Source: a virus
Reading direction: 5' to 3' (one strand)
Virus record (IMG/VR): IMGVR_UViG_3300023179_000030
Location: 32,001-96,000 of that record
Length of the DNA stretch: 64,000 nucleotides
The stretch's first letter is position 1. The number at the start of each line of letters is the position of its first letter. Below are positions 33,069 to 40,787 of the stretch, piece after piece. Below the pieces are notes generated by a model. That model ran no database searches. It was given only the letters and a program-made list of their open reading frames with translations, and had not been told where the DNA came from. Position numbers and translations under genes: made by a program.

Positions 33069-33911
33069 ATGACAGAAGCAACCTCTAACCCGCTATCTAA
33101 ATACTTCAGACAACCACAGATATATATTAAATTACCCAGTGGTGGAGAATGGTGGCCAGCAGGAAGTCTGGATCTCCCAGTAAACAAAGAGATACCAATT
33201 TATGCAATGACTGCAAAAGATGAGCTTTCATTAAAAACACCAGACGCCTTAATGAATGGACAGGCCACTGTTGATATAATTCAAAGCTGTGTCCCCGCTG
33301 TCAAGAATGCTTGGCATACCCCTTCAGTGGATATTGATGCATTGTTGATAGCTATTAGGCAAGCAACCTACGGCAATCGCATGGAGATAGTCAGTGTATG
33401 CCCGCATTGCTCGGCAAAAAATGAAAATGCAGTAGATTTATCTGTTATTCAACATAATTTGTCTTGCCCAGACTTCAAAACACCGGTTTCAGTAGAGGGT
33501 TTAGAAGTTTATTTAAAACCGCAAAGTTTTTTTGATATAAATCAAAGGGGAATCAAAAATTATGAAGAACAAAGGTTATTGAGCATTGTCAGCTCTGAAG
33601 AATTATCCGAAACCGAAAAATTAGAAAAATTTAGTGCTTTATTCAAAAATGTACTCAATTTGACAGTTGCACAAATGGCCATGAATGTTGGGGGCATTAA
33701 AACACCTGAGGGAATCGTTGAAAATAGGCAATTTTTAAATGAGTTCTTTGCAAATTGCGATCGACCAATTTGGAATGCAGTAAGGGACAGAATTGCAAAT
33801 ATAAATGAAACTTCAAGTCTTAAAAATATCCCAATAACCTGCGACAATGATGCTTGTCTTAAAGAGTATTCATCACCACTTCAATTCGAGTTGACAAATT
33901 TTTTCGGTTAA
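33069..33911 (+). CDS. Baseplate hub assembly protein / tail chaperone, T4 gp26-like (start ATG 33069)
   Basis: NPL..YFRQP.IYIKLPS.G, MTAKDE, D.DALL.AIR.ATYG, CPHC and terminal C...C motifs. Confidence 0.7.
   Translation: MTEATSNPLSKYFRQPQIYIKLPSGGEWWPAGSLDLPVNKEIPIYAMTAKDELSLKTPDALMNGQATVDIIQSCVPAVKNAWHTPSVDIDALLIAIRQATYGNRMEIVSVCPHCSAKNENAVDLSVIQHNLSCPDFKTPVSVEGLEVYLKPQSFFDINQRGIKNYEEQRLLSIVSSEELSETEKLEKFSALFKNVLNLTVAQMAMNVGGIKTPEGIVENRQFLNEFFANCDRPIWNAVRDRIANINETSSLKNIPITCDNDACLKEYSSPLQFELTNFFG
33896..33905 (+). other. Candidate -1 programmed ribosomal frameshift site (A AAT TTT TTC)
   Basis: Two overlapping X XXY YYZ heptamers (A AAU UUU; U UUU UUC) two codons before the gp26-like stop; the -1 frame is open into ORF 33917-34120. 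Confidence 0.6.
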
Positions 33912-33916
33912 GGCTT

Positions 33917-34120
33917 TTGGCTCAAAGCAATGAGGATATAGCAAAAATGCTTGATAACTACGACAAAGAGTCAAAAGCCTTAACAAAATCAATTTTGAAA
34001 TTATGTTTACATATGCATGGTGGTATTACACTAAACGAAGCTTGGGCTATGTCATTTAGTGATAGAAATATTTTAATTGAGTTAATCAATGAGCAGCAGG
34101 AAGCTTCAATGAAATCATGA
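33917..34120 (+). CDS. gp51-like hub assembly module, probably expressed as a -1 frameshift extension of the upstream gene
   Basis: LCLHMHGGITLNEAWAMSFSDR pattern; no convincing RBS; in -1 frame relative to 33069-33911. Confidence 0.6.
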   Translation: MAQSNEDIAKMLDNYDKESKALTKSILKLCLHMHGGITLNEAWAMSFSDRNILIELINEQQEASMKS

Positions 34121-34153
34121 CATACCATTTACTATCATAGACCAATACTATCG

Positions 34154-34229
34154 GGGAAGAGCCTGGCTCTTCCCGCTTCTTCTTGTAATTGCATTCATGC
34201 TTCGCATTTCATGCAATTACCATCGAAGC
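34154..34229. repeat. Two strong inverted repeats (candidate origin/packaging hairpins or bidirectional terminator)
   Basis: GGGAAGAGCC-T-GGCTCTTCCC (34154-34174) and GTAATTGCAT-TC-ATGCTTCGCAT-TTC-ATGCAATTAC (34185-34220), the latter flanked by GCTTC/GAAGC. Confidence 0.75.
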
Positions 34230-34319
34230 TTTTTTATTAATTGGGATTAGCTTTTTTAGATTAATGATTGTGTATAGTGTAACTTTACTATTAGTGGGTG
34301 TTTGGTCTTCTAAAAAGTA

Positions 34320-34670
34320 CCTCATCCAGATTAATTGCCATGATTCGCCTGTTGCCAGGCGAAAAAAAGACTTCATCCGAGTTGTATAGCCATCTATTCA
34401 AAAGAGATTACAAGTTACAACATCATAGCAAAATATTGTAGTTGCGCGGAGGCGGTTGACCGGTACCCCCTACTCTAGCTTCGCGTGTCAACGGTACCCT
34501 AGTAATCCGGAATAGACCCAAATCCTATAAGTTCGGGTTGTATCTGTTTCACAGAGCCCGGACCATTTATACCTTAAGTTAGTATTATCCTGTGGCGTCC
34601 AAGTCCGAATATGGTATCTCACATATCCTCAATGGAGTTGGGTCAAACACCCAACACAATGCCTGATGTT
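34320..34670 (-). ncRNA. Putative large structured non-coding RNA (~350 nt), family unrecognised; boundaries approximate
   Basis: At least seven helices, a GCAA tetraloop and G-U wobbles that work only on the minus strand; more GC-rich than flanks; no credible ORF. Confidence 0.6.
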
Positions 34671-34680
34671 GCTATGCGGT

Positions 34681-35199
34681 TTACATACAAAGAAGTTTAA
34701 CTTTGTCTGCGTTTAACCTAAAAAATTCCTCTTGGCCCATAATGAGCCAGTTTCCATGATGATTTGATTTATATATTAATGAATTTATTTGTGGATTTGA
34801 CGTGGTGTCTGTGTCTGTAAATTGAGCGGCTACAAACGTGCCTTTTCTATTAAACTTCATAAAAATGATATTGAAGTCGCCGGGGTCGGAGACATCCATA
34901 CACTGATTGATCCAATTTTCTAGAACTTTAACTTGCCCTAAAAATAATTGATGAAACGGAAAATCCTTATAGGACTTACATTCGACATTTAACCTGGGAA
35001 AACTTTCCCCGGGAACAATATCACCTTTGCTATGTCGAATCTGCGATTCACTTAGTGAGTCTTTTCTAAATGAGTTTTTGCCCCCTATATAAGCTCCGGA
35101 ATTTTGGACGCGCATAAACGATTCCTTATAGAGATCAGATAAAAATCTCGCAATTTCTCGTTCGAATCCTGAACCTTTGGATTTTTGTGAAGAAGGCAT
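34681..35199 (-). CDS. Holliday junction resolvase-like PD-(D/E)xK nuclease (Hjc-type)
   Basis: KSKGSGFEREIA...GDI...NVECKSY motifs; downstream of gp46/47. Confidence 0.75.
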   Translation of the reverse strand: MPSSQKSKGSGFEREIARFLSDLYKESFMRVQNSGAYIGGKNSFRKDSLSESQIRHSKGDIVPGESFPRLNVECKSYKDFPFHQLFLGQVKVLENWINQCMDVSDPGDFNIIFMKFNRKGTFVAAQFTDTDTTSNPQINSLIYKSNHHGNWLIMGQEEFFRLNADKVKLLCM

Positions 35200-35237
35200 G
35201 TTGTTACTTATGTTATATTCCAGGGATAAAAATATTT

Positions 35238-37226
35238 TTAATTAGCCATTTCTACATCAGCACTATAAGAAGTAAAACCATTGGATTTAACTACTCGTAA
35301 AATGTTGCTAACTCTACTGACAAGGTCATCTTTGTGGGAAACTAGCCAAATTGACTTATTTGTATCACGACTCATTTTTTTAAGTATAGCCAGTGTATTC
35401 TCTGTGCCATTGGAATCCAAACCATTGTCCACCAGTTCATCAATAAACAATAAATTAATGGGTTGATAAAGGCTTTCCCAAACATCACGGAAGGCCCAAC
35501 TTAAACTCAGCACCAGCCTAGTGGTTTCCCCACGACTTAGATTACCATAATCTAATTCTCGCCCATATTCCTCGATACTTACAGTCAAATCATTTAAAAA
35601 CTTAACTGTGTGAGGTAATCCAATCTTGTCAAGATAATATCCCAAACGTGCATTTAAATAACTTAAATTTTGATCAATGATCTTTTTCCTAATAAAACTA
35701 TCTTTATTTGTTAGTAATTTCAATAAAAATTCTTGATGTTCCTTGAACGTTGTTAAATTATTAATGTGATCGTAGCTAATTTCCTGCAAGGCATATTCTT
35801 TCATCTCAGAGATTTGATCCGCATAGGGGTCGATCTCTTCCTTCTTAGCTTTTAATTGAGCAACTACATTTGCTATACTGCTTTTATGCTCGAATGCATC
35901 TGATTCATTGTCATAATATACCTGCGGTTTTTTTGTTAGCTCACCCATAGACTTCAAAGCATCCTCTAATTTGGCTAAATCATTGGTGGTTTTGGAATTT
36001 TGAAGTTTTGCATCTGCCAGTGATTTTTGTTTGCCTAATAATACTTGCTCTTGTTTTTCGTCATGAAATGCTTGACCGCAACTATGGCAAGTGTGATTTT
36101 CCAAGCTTTGTATCTCTAATTCTAACTTTTTAATATCTTTTTGTTCTCTAGACATATCCAATTTACTGCGACGTATTAGTTCAGTAAGATCTGAAATATC
36201 TTTGGATTTTTGTTTGTAAACAGCTAGATCTTTGTGAGCTTTGAGTTCATTTTCTATATCCAACTTGTTTAACTCATCTAAAGCCAGTGATAAATCTGAT
36301 ATATCCTGTGTGTTCTTTTTACGCCATAGGTTTTGTCTACGTATTAGGGCATCTATCTGTTCAGAAATCCTGGCATTGGAATCTTTGACTGATTTAATCC
36401 TAAAATCTTCTTGGGTGATAGCATCTTTGGTTTCACGATTTTGTTCTTTGAGAATCTCAGATTTTTCACTGAGTAAAGTAATGCCCAGTAATTGTTCGAT
36501 GATATTTCTTTGGTCCAGGGCGCGGAGACCCAAAAATGGCTCAGTGTAAGTGTTGAGAACTACAATATGCTTAAACATATCATAGCTCATATTTAATAAT
36601 CGTTCTATGTCCTGCTGAGTTTCTCTACTATCTCCCTGACTGTTGTCATCTTTGGCTTCTTGTAGTTGATCATTGACATAAAACTTCAATATATTGGGTT
36701 TTCTTCCACGTTCTATTTTATAGTTTATGCCGGAACATTCAAAATCTACAGTGACAAGCATACCTTTGCCATTGGTTCTATTGATTAGATTGTCTTTTTT
36801 AATATTGGTTATAGCATGGCCGTATAGACCATAACATAGCCCTTGTATAAGAGTTGTATTGTGGGATAAGATACCATTAGTATAATATCTATGATCATTG
36901 GAATTTACTGTAATATCAAACATGTTTTCTTCAGTCTCTGATACTACTATGCTAACGACTCGATCTAAACCGCAATCAGTTTGTATATATGATAATGGTT
37001 TGATATTTTTAACAAATATCTCGTTAAAATTTTCATCAAATACAATATGATCGTCTGCACACTCCAATCTTTTGCCAGATTCAGTTATCACAGTCCAGAC
37101 CTGATATGGTATAGTTTTCATTATTTTAGAGATAGGATGCCATCCAGAATCGGTTTCAATCTCTAGATTTTGCAAGTCTACAAAATCTATAATTTTTCTT
37201 GTTACCGTGTCAGAAATTGTATGCAT
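35238..37226 (-). CDS. gp46: gp46/Rad50/SbcC ATPase, C-terminal precursor: 123-aa C-intein followed by C-extein
   Basis: Intein ends YYTNGILSHN/T; extein has Zn-hook CHSC, signature LSRGE, Walker B LLFIDE, D-loop NGLD, H-loop LVSH; AAAGG 7 nt before ATG. Confidence 0.9.
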   Translation of the reverse strand: MHTISDTVTRKIIDFVDLQNLEIETDSGWHPISKIMKTIPYQVWTVITESGKRLECADDHIVFDENFNEIFVKNIKPLSYIQTDCGLDRVVSIVVSETEENMFDITVNSNDHRYYTNGILSHNTTLIQGLCYGLYGHAITNIKKDNLINRTNGKGMLVTVDFECSGINYKIERGRKPNILKFYVNDQLQEAKDDNSQGDSRETQQDIERLLNMSYDMFKHIVVLNTYTEPFLGLRALDQRNIIEQLLGITLLSEKSEILKEQNRETKDAITQEDFRIKSVKDSNARISEQIDALIRRQNLWRKKNTQDISDLSLALDELNKLDIENELKAHKDLAVYKQKSKDISDLTELIRRSKLDMSREQKDIKKLELEIQSLENHTCHSCGQAFHDEKQEQVLLGKQKSLADAKLQNSKTTNDLAKLEDALKSMGELTKKPQVYYDNESDAFEHKSSIANVVAQLKAKKEEIDPYADQISEMKEYALQEISYDHINNLTTFKEHQEFLLKLLTNKDSFIRKKIIDQNLSYLNARLGYYLDKIGLPHTVKFLNDLTVSIEEYGRELDYGNLSRGETTRLVLSLSWAFRDVWESLYQPINLLFIDELVDNGLDSNGTENTLAILKKMSRDTNKSIWLVSHKDDLVSRVSNILRVVKSNGFTSYSADVEMAN

Positions 37227-37361
37227 TGTTTAACCTTTGTCTTTACAATTTTTTCTAGTGTGTTGTTCCAACGCAGCATTGTATAATTCCCCCATGGTTA
37301 ATTCGGTTATTTCCCCTGTTATGGTATTACGTAACCTTACACTAGTGTTTACTCCAACACA
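36858..37361 (-). mobile_element. Split mini-intein in the Walker A motif of gp46 (IntN 43 aa, 37361-37233; IntC 123 aa, 37226-36858)
   Basis: NGTGK|CVGVNT.. block A; ECADDH block B; MFDITV..HRYYTNGILSHN|T blocks F/G. Removal restores GTGK-TT. No endonuclease domain. Confidence 0.9.
37202..37279 (-). pseudogene. 25-codon alternative-frame ORF across the intein split; possible remnant of a deleted endonuclease gene
   Basis: GGGGGA RBS-like run then ATG: MLRWNNTLEKIVKTKVKQCIQFLTR*; overlaps the end of IntN and the start of IntC. Confidence 0.4.
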
Positions 37362-37517
37362 TTTACCTGTGCCATTTTTCGCGCCTGAATCTTCTCCGCC
37401 AAGATCTATGTTTTCACCCAAAACTAAGGTTAGATCGGATCGTTCAAAGTTAACTGCTTGAGTATTGTTACCAATGCTAAGAAAATTCCTAGCAGATAAT
37501 GACTTAATTTTAAACAA
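37230..37517 (-). CDS. gp46: gp46/Rad50 N-terminal precursor: 52-aa N-extein plus 43-aa N-intein (TTG start 37517)
   Basis: (M)FKIKSLSARNFLSIGN...LTLVLGEN...NGTGK is the SMC-family N-terminus; TTG follows the gp47 stop by 1 nt with AGGA upstream. Confidence 0.88.
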   Translation of the reverse strand: MFKIKSLSARNFLSIGNNTQAVNFERSDLTLVLGENIDLGGEDSGAKNGTGKCVGVNTSVRLRNTITGEITELTMGELYNAALEQHTRKNCKDKG

Positions 37518-37518
37518 A

Positions 37519-38535
37519 TTACAAGTTCCTATAAATGTCCAATAACAAATTGTTATCAAAATGATCGCTATTAATGGCAGTGAGCTGCTCTGTTACAATT
37601 TGATCAACACTTTGAAATACAATATTTCCCTGTATTTCGTATTTTTCCAAATCTGTATTTTTTTGAGGTATCAAGGCAATCTCTCTAATTTTGTAGTCAG
37701 ATATAAATGTCTCTTTGATAAAATTGGCTTCTTCGTAACTGATGTCTATATCCAAGTTTACACGTACATGCATACCTGGTTTCAATACAGTTTCTGGGCT
37801 AGCCAATATTGCTCCAAGGCCCAGTACCCTATATACCGGTTGTTCTGGCCAAGAATGAAATACGGGATCCTGCCCCCATTCCAAAATCATCATACCTCGT
37901 TCATCGTCGCCGGCGTCAGCATAGTTATGTGGGAAACAATTTCCAATATACGTAATATTCTTATTTTGTTGCCGTTTATGGAAATGACCAGTGAATACAT
38001 GATCAAAATGCCCAAAATGCTCACGTTGTATTTCACCATGATCTGGCATTGCAACCATGGCATTCATATAAAAGTGTGGTAACTCAAAATGGCCAAACAT
38101 ATATTTACCATTGAGTTTTGGTATACGTTTATGATCGTCGCCCACCAACCAAGGCGCAATGACTACATCTCCCTGGGAAAACCAATCATTACAAATCTGT
38201 ACATTTGGTAAGTGTTTGGCCCATTCCACACTTTGAACATCACGTTTGTCTCGGTAGTAGAGGTCGTGGTTGCCGGGAATAAAGAATACTTGATCAAAAT
38301 TGTCGTTTAAATGTTCTAGAGCTTTTAAGCTATAATTCAAGGTCAAAATGTTTATCGAAGCTCGATTATTATGATAATCGCCTAAAAACAAACAGGTTTC
38401 ACAGCCCAGAGATTTTGCTTTGGCAGTGGCCCAACGAATAAAATTCCAACAGTCCTCATTGTGTTGAATACTATTAGACTTTAAACCAAAATGTATGTCG
38501 GTAAAAACTGCTGCTTTTTTGAATAGATTACTCAT
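37519..38535 (-). CDS. gp47: gp47/Mre11/SbcD nuclease (start ATG 38535)
   Basis: Metallophosphoesterase motifs DIH, GDYH, GNHD, GHFE, GHFH; adjacent to gp46. Confidence 0.92.
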   Translation of the reverse strand: MSNLFKKAAVFTDIHFGLKSNSIQHNEDCWNFIRWATAKAKSLGCETCLFLGDYHNNRASINILTLNYSLKALEHLNDNFDQVFFIPGNHDLYYRDKRDVQSVEWAKHLPNVQICNDWFSQGDVVIAPWLVGDDHKRIPKLNGKYMFGHFELPHFYMNAMVAMPDHGEIQREHFGHFDHVFTGHFHKRQQNKNITYIGNCFPHNYADAGDDERGMMILEWGQDPVFHSWPEQPVYRVLGLGAILASPETVLKPGMHVRVNLDIDISYEEANFIKETFISDYKIREIALIPQKNTDLEKYEIQGNIVFQSVDQIVTEQLTAINSDHFDNNLLLDIYRNL

Positions 38536-38541
38536 TGTCTT

Positions 38542-38570
38542 ATTATAGTGAAGATGGCTGAACAAGTCTA
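38542..38570 (-). promoter_or_regulatory. Sigma70-type promoter of gp47, probably giving a leaderless mRNA
   Basis: TAGACT-N17-TATAAT-AAGACA-ATG. Confidence 0.65.
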
Positions 38571-38588
38571 GCTAAACGAAAGAAGTTT

Positions 38589-39464
38589 TTAATCCTCATC
38601 TGAATAACCTCCACCTGAACTCATACCCTGCCTTGTATATGATGGATTTAAACCAGCCATTTCAAGTATATCATCACGTAAATTCTGATTGCGCTTTTCT
38701 ATGTTAAGCACTCGGGTAAAAGAATTTGTCAAAGCAGCAGTATAATAAGCAAATGGATTTTGGCTCTTACTTTCATCAAATTGCAGCCCAATTTGGCACA
38801 ATTGCACTAAGGCTTGCGATCTCATCTCGTCATTATATGTATAACCTCTCCAGTTACTGCGAGTAGCATATCTCTCACAGAGTTTCATAAACATAAGTGC
38901 TAGCTTTTTAGTCATACTGCCATGATCTCTACTAAATTCACCAGTGTGCAAACCCCCTCGCCAGTGGCTTTTTCCAACCATAATGGGTTCATTGTTTTCC
39001 GTCACCCGGTAATGTAAAAATGGTGGAAAATTAACCTTTACGTATTTGTTATGTTTGGGGTCTTCTTCATCATATTCGGTATGGGCCAGTTCTTCTTCAT
39101 CTTCATAAAGTTCCTTGGCCGTATCCCTGGCCTTTCGGGTTTTTATGTCATCTAAAGGTATATGCTCCCAGGTCATGACTCTAAAAACTACTTCAGAGGG
39201 TAAAATCTTGCTGATTTTAATTTCAAAATCTGATTGCTTTTGTTTAGTACCGGTTTCTAAAACCGCATTATCATAGGCCACTTTGCTCAAACGCTCAGCT
39301 CTGAGCTTTCTGCCTGCTAGTATAGTTTTTTTATTGATCTCACTGACATCATTGATGATAATATCATAATCGGCATCCAGTGGGTCTGAATATGAGCAAT
39401 AGGAATTTTTACTTTTGTGAATTTCTTTCAAAATATCTTTGTTGTTTAAATAATTGATTCTAAT
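38589..39464 (-). CDS. gp55: Late-transcription sigma factor, T4 gp55-like (probable ATT start at 39464)
   Basis: NYLNNKDILKEI N-terminus; NWRGYTYNDEM...QFDESKSQNPFAYYT...NSF.R.L..EK motifs; gp55-gp47-gp46 synteny. Confidence 0.8.
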   Translation of the reverse strand: MRINYLNNKDILKEIHKSKNSYCSYSDPLDADYDIIINDVSEINKKTILAGRKLRAERLSKVAYDNAVLETGTKQKQSDFEIKISKILPSEVVFRVMTWEHIPLDDIKTRKARDTAKELYEDEEELAHTEYDEEDPKHNKYVKVNFPPFLHYRVTENNEPIMVGKSHWRGGLHTGEFSRDHGSMTKKLALMFMKLCERYATRSNWRGYTYNDEMRSQALVQLCQIGLQFDESKSQNPFAYYTAALTNSFTRVLNIEKRNQNLRDDILEMAGLNPSYTRQGMSSGGGYSDED

Positions 39465-39487
39465 TTTGAATCTCCTTGAGTTTTTTA

Positions 39488-39516
39488 ATAATAGCAATTA
39501 AGAACTAAAATGTCAA
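39488..39516 (-). promoter_or_regulatory. Near-consensus sigma70 promoter of the late sigma gene
   Basis: TTGACA-N17-TATTAT on minus strand. Confidence 0.75.
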
Positions 39517-39543
39517 CCTTAATAATACCTTATATTTAAGGCA

Positions 39544-39549
39544 TAAATA
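39544..39549 (+). promoter_or_regulatory. Putative late promoter (TAAATA) for the baseplate operon
   Basis: GCATAAATATC upstream of ATG 39568; a second TAAATA faces the other way at 39533-39538. Confidence 0.6.
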
Positions 39550-39567
39550 TCTAATACAAAGATTTAT

Positions 39568-40479
39568 ATGTCAGCATCAGATTTTTTTTCACTATCTAAT
39601 AATTCGGATTCGACCTCCCCTGATGGGACTTCAAGATCGCAAAGTATTGCACCTCTGAACACAGGGGCAAATCCCAATGATCCAAGTTCTATTAGATTAA
39701 GTATGTCTGGGCTATTCAGTGGTGCTACACAAGCATTCAAAAGTGTTGCAGGACAAGTAATAGGCAGTATAGATGCAAGATCCAGTGCAGCAAGTGCAAT
39801 TAAACCCGAATCAGACTGGCGTGTACGCATTAGTATGCAGCCATTTTCCTCATTTTACAAGTTATCAACAACAGCTAATAACTCAATAATGAGTCCATTG
39901 GTAGAAACCAATGGTGTAGTCTTCCCCTATACTCCAAATATTACGATCACGCATAATGCTAGGTATGGTACCACACAGCTAACTCACAGCAATTATTCCA
40001 GTTTCAATTATGAGGGTAGTGAAGTAGCGGCCATCACTATAGCGGCTGATTTTACTGTACAAAATATATCTGAAGGTCAGTATCTAATGGCTGTAATACA
40101 ATTTTTCAGGTCGTGCACCAAAATGTTTTATGGTAATGAACCGTTAGCTGGGACCCCGCCTCCATTGGTATTTTTAGATGGTTATGGGTCACATTATTTG
40201 CCACATATTCCCTGTGTGGTCATGTCTTTTCAACATACAATGCCCGCAGATGTAGATTATCTAGCAGTGCCAATCGGAGTTGATTTAAAAAACATTCAGG
40301 GCAATGCATTGGACACAAACCTAACAAAGAAAACATATTTACCAACTATGAGTTCGTTGTCTGTTACCCTACAACCAGTTTACAGTAAAAATAATGTTGC
40401 TAGAAATTTTACATTGGAAAAATTTGCTGCTGGATCATTGGCGAGATCTGGTTCTGACATCACTGGAGGATTTCTATAA
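39568..40479 (+). CDS. Baseplate/tail-tube initiator-like protein (303 aa)
   Basis: GVVFPYTP.I...HSNY...FTVQ...FFRS.TKMFYG...GTPPP..FLDGYG...PCVV..F...P.DVDY; first gene of baseplate operon. Confidence 0.55.
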   Translation: MSASDFFSLSNNSDSTSPDGTSRSQSIAPLNTGANPNDPSSIRLSMSGLFSGATQAFKSVAGQVIGSIDARSSAASAIKPESDWRVRISMQPFSSFYKLSTTANNSIMSPLVETNGVVFPYTPNITITHNARYGTTQLTHSNYSSFNYEGSEVAAITIAADFTVQNISEGQYLMAVIQFFRSCTKMFYGNEPLAGTPPPLVFLDGYGSHYLPHIPCVVMSFQHTMPADVDYLAVPIGVDLKNIQGNALDTNLTKKTYLPTMSSLSVTLQPVYSKNNVARNFTLEKFAAGSLARSGSDITGGFL

Positions 40480-40784
40480 TGGCACAAGCTGTTCAATATG
40501 CTAAAAATAGCCCATATTCCAAAACATCCACCTATGGTAAGTATTTAGATATAGCAGTGCTGCCCACTATACCTAGACTCAATGATGATGTGATTTTTTC
40601 GGTGAACAAAACTTATCAATATCGTCCAGATTTACTGGCATTTGACTTATATGGTGATGCGGGATTGTGGTGGGTATTTGCCTTACGTAACCCCAATACT
40701 ATACAAGATCCTATATTTGGTATGGAGATAGGTGTGCAAATATTCCTTCCTAAAAAAGAAACTATAATGCCCTTGGTGAGTTAA
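40479..40784 (+). CDS. Baseplate wedge protein, gp53/LysM-like
   Basis: YQYRPDLLAFDLYGDAGLWWVFALRNP motif; TAATG coupling with upstream gene. Confidence 0.75.
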   Translation: MAQAVQYAKNSPYSKTSTYGKYLDIAVLPTIPRLNDDVIFSVNKTYQYRPDLLAFDLYGDAGLWWVFALRNPNTIQDPIFGMEIGVQIFLPKKETIMPLVS

Positions 40785-40787
40785 TTA

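Noticed and set aside
34189-34389. 66-aa plus-strand ORF in the non-coding gap
   Set aside because: TTG start without RBS, overlaps hairpins, no recognisable protein features.
34320-34670. tRNA, tmRNA, RNase P or hammerhead identity for the structured region
   Set aside because: No cloverleaf/TTCGA arm with CCA, no GAGGAAAGUCC, no CUGAUGA..GAAA core in a proper stem context found by eye.
37230-37232. Stop-codon reassignment explaining the in-frame TAA in gp46
   Set aside because: TAA terminates most genes here and all other long ORFs are intact in the standard code.
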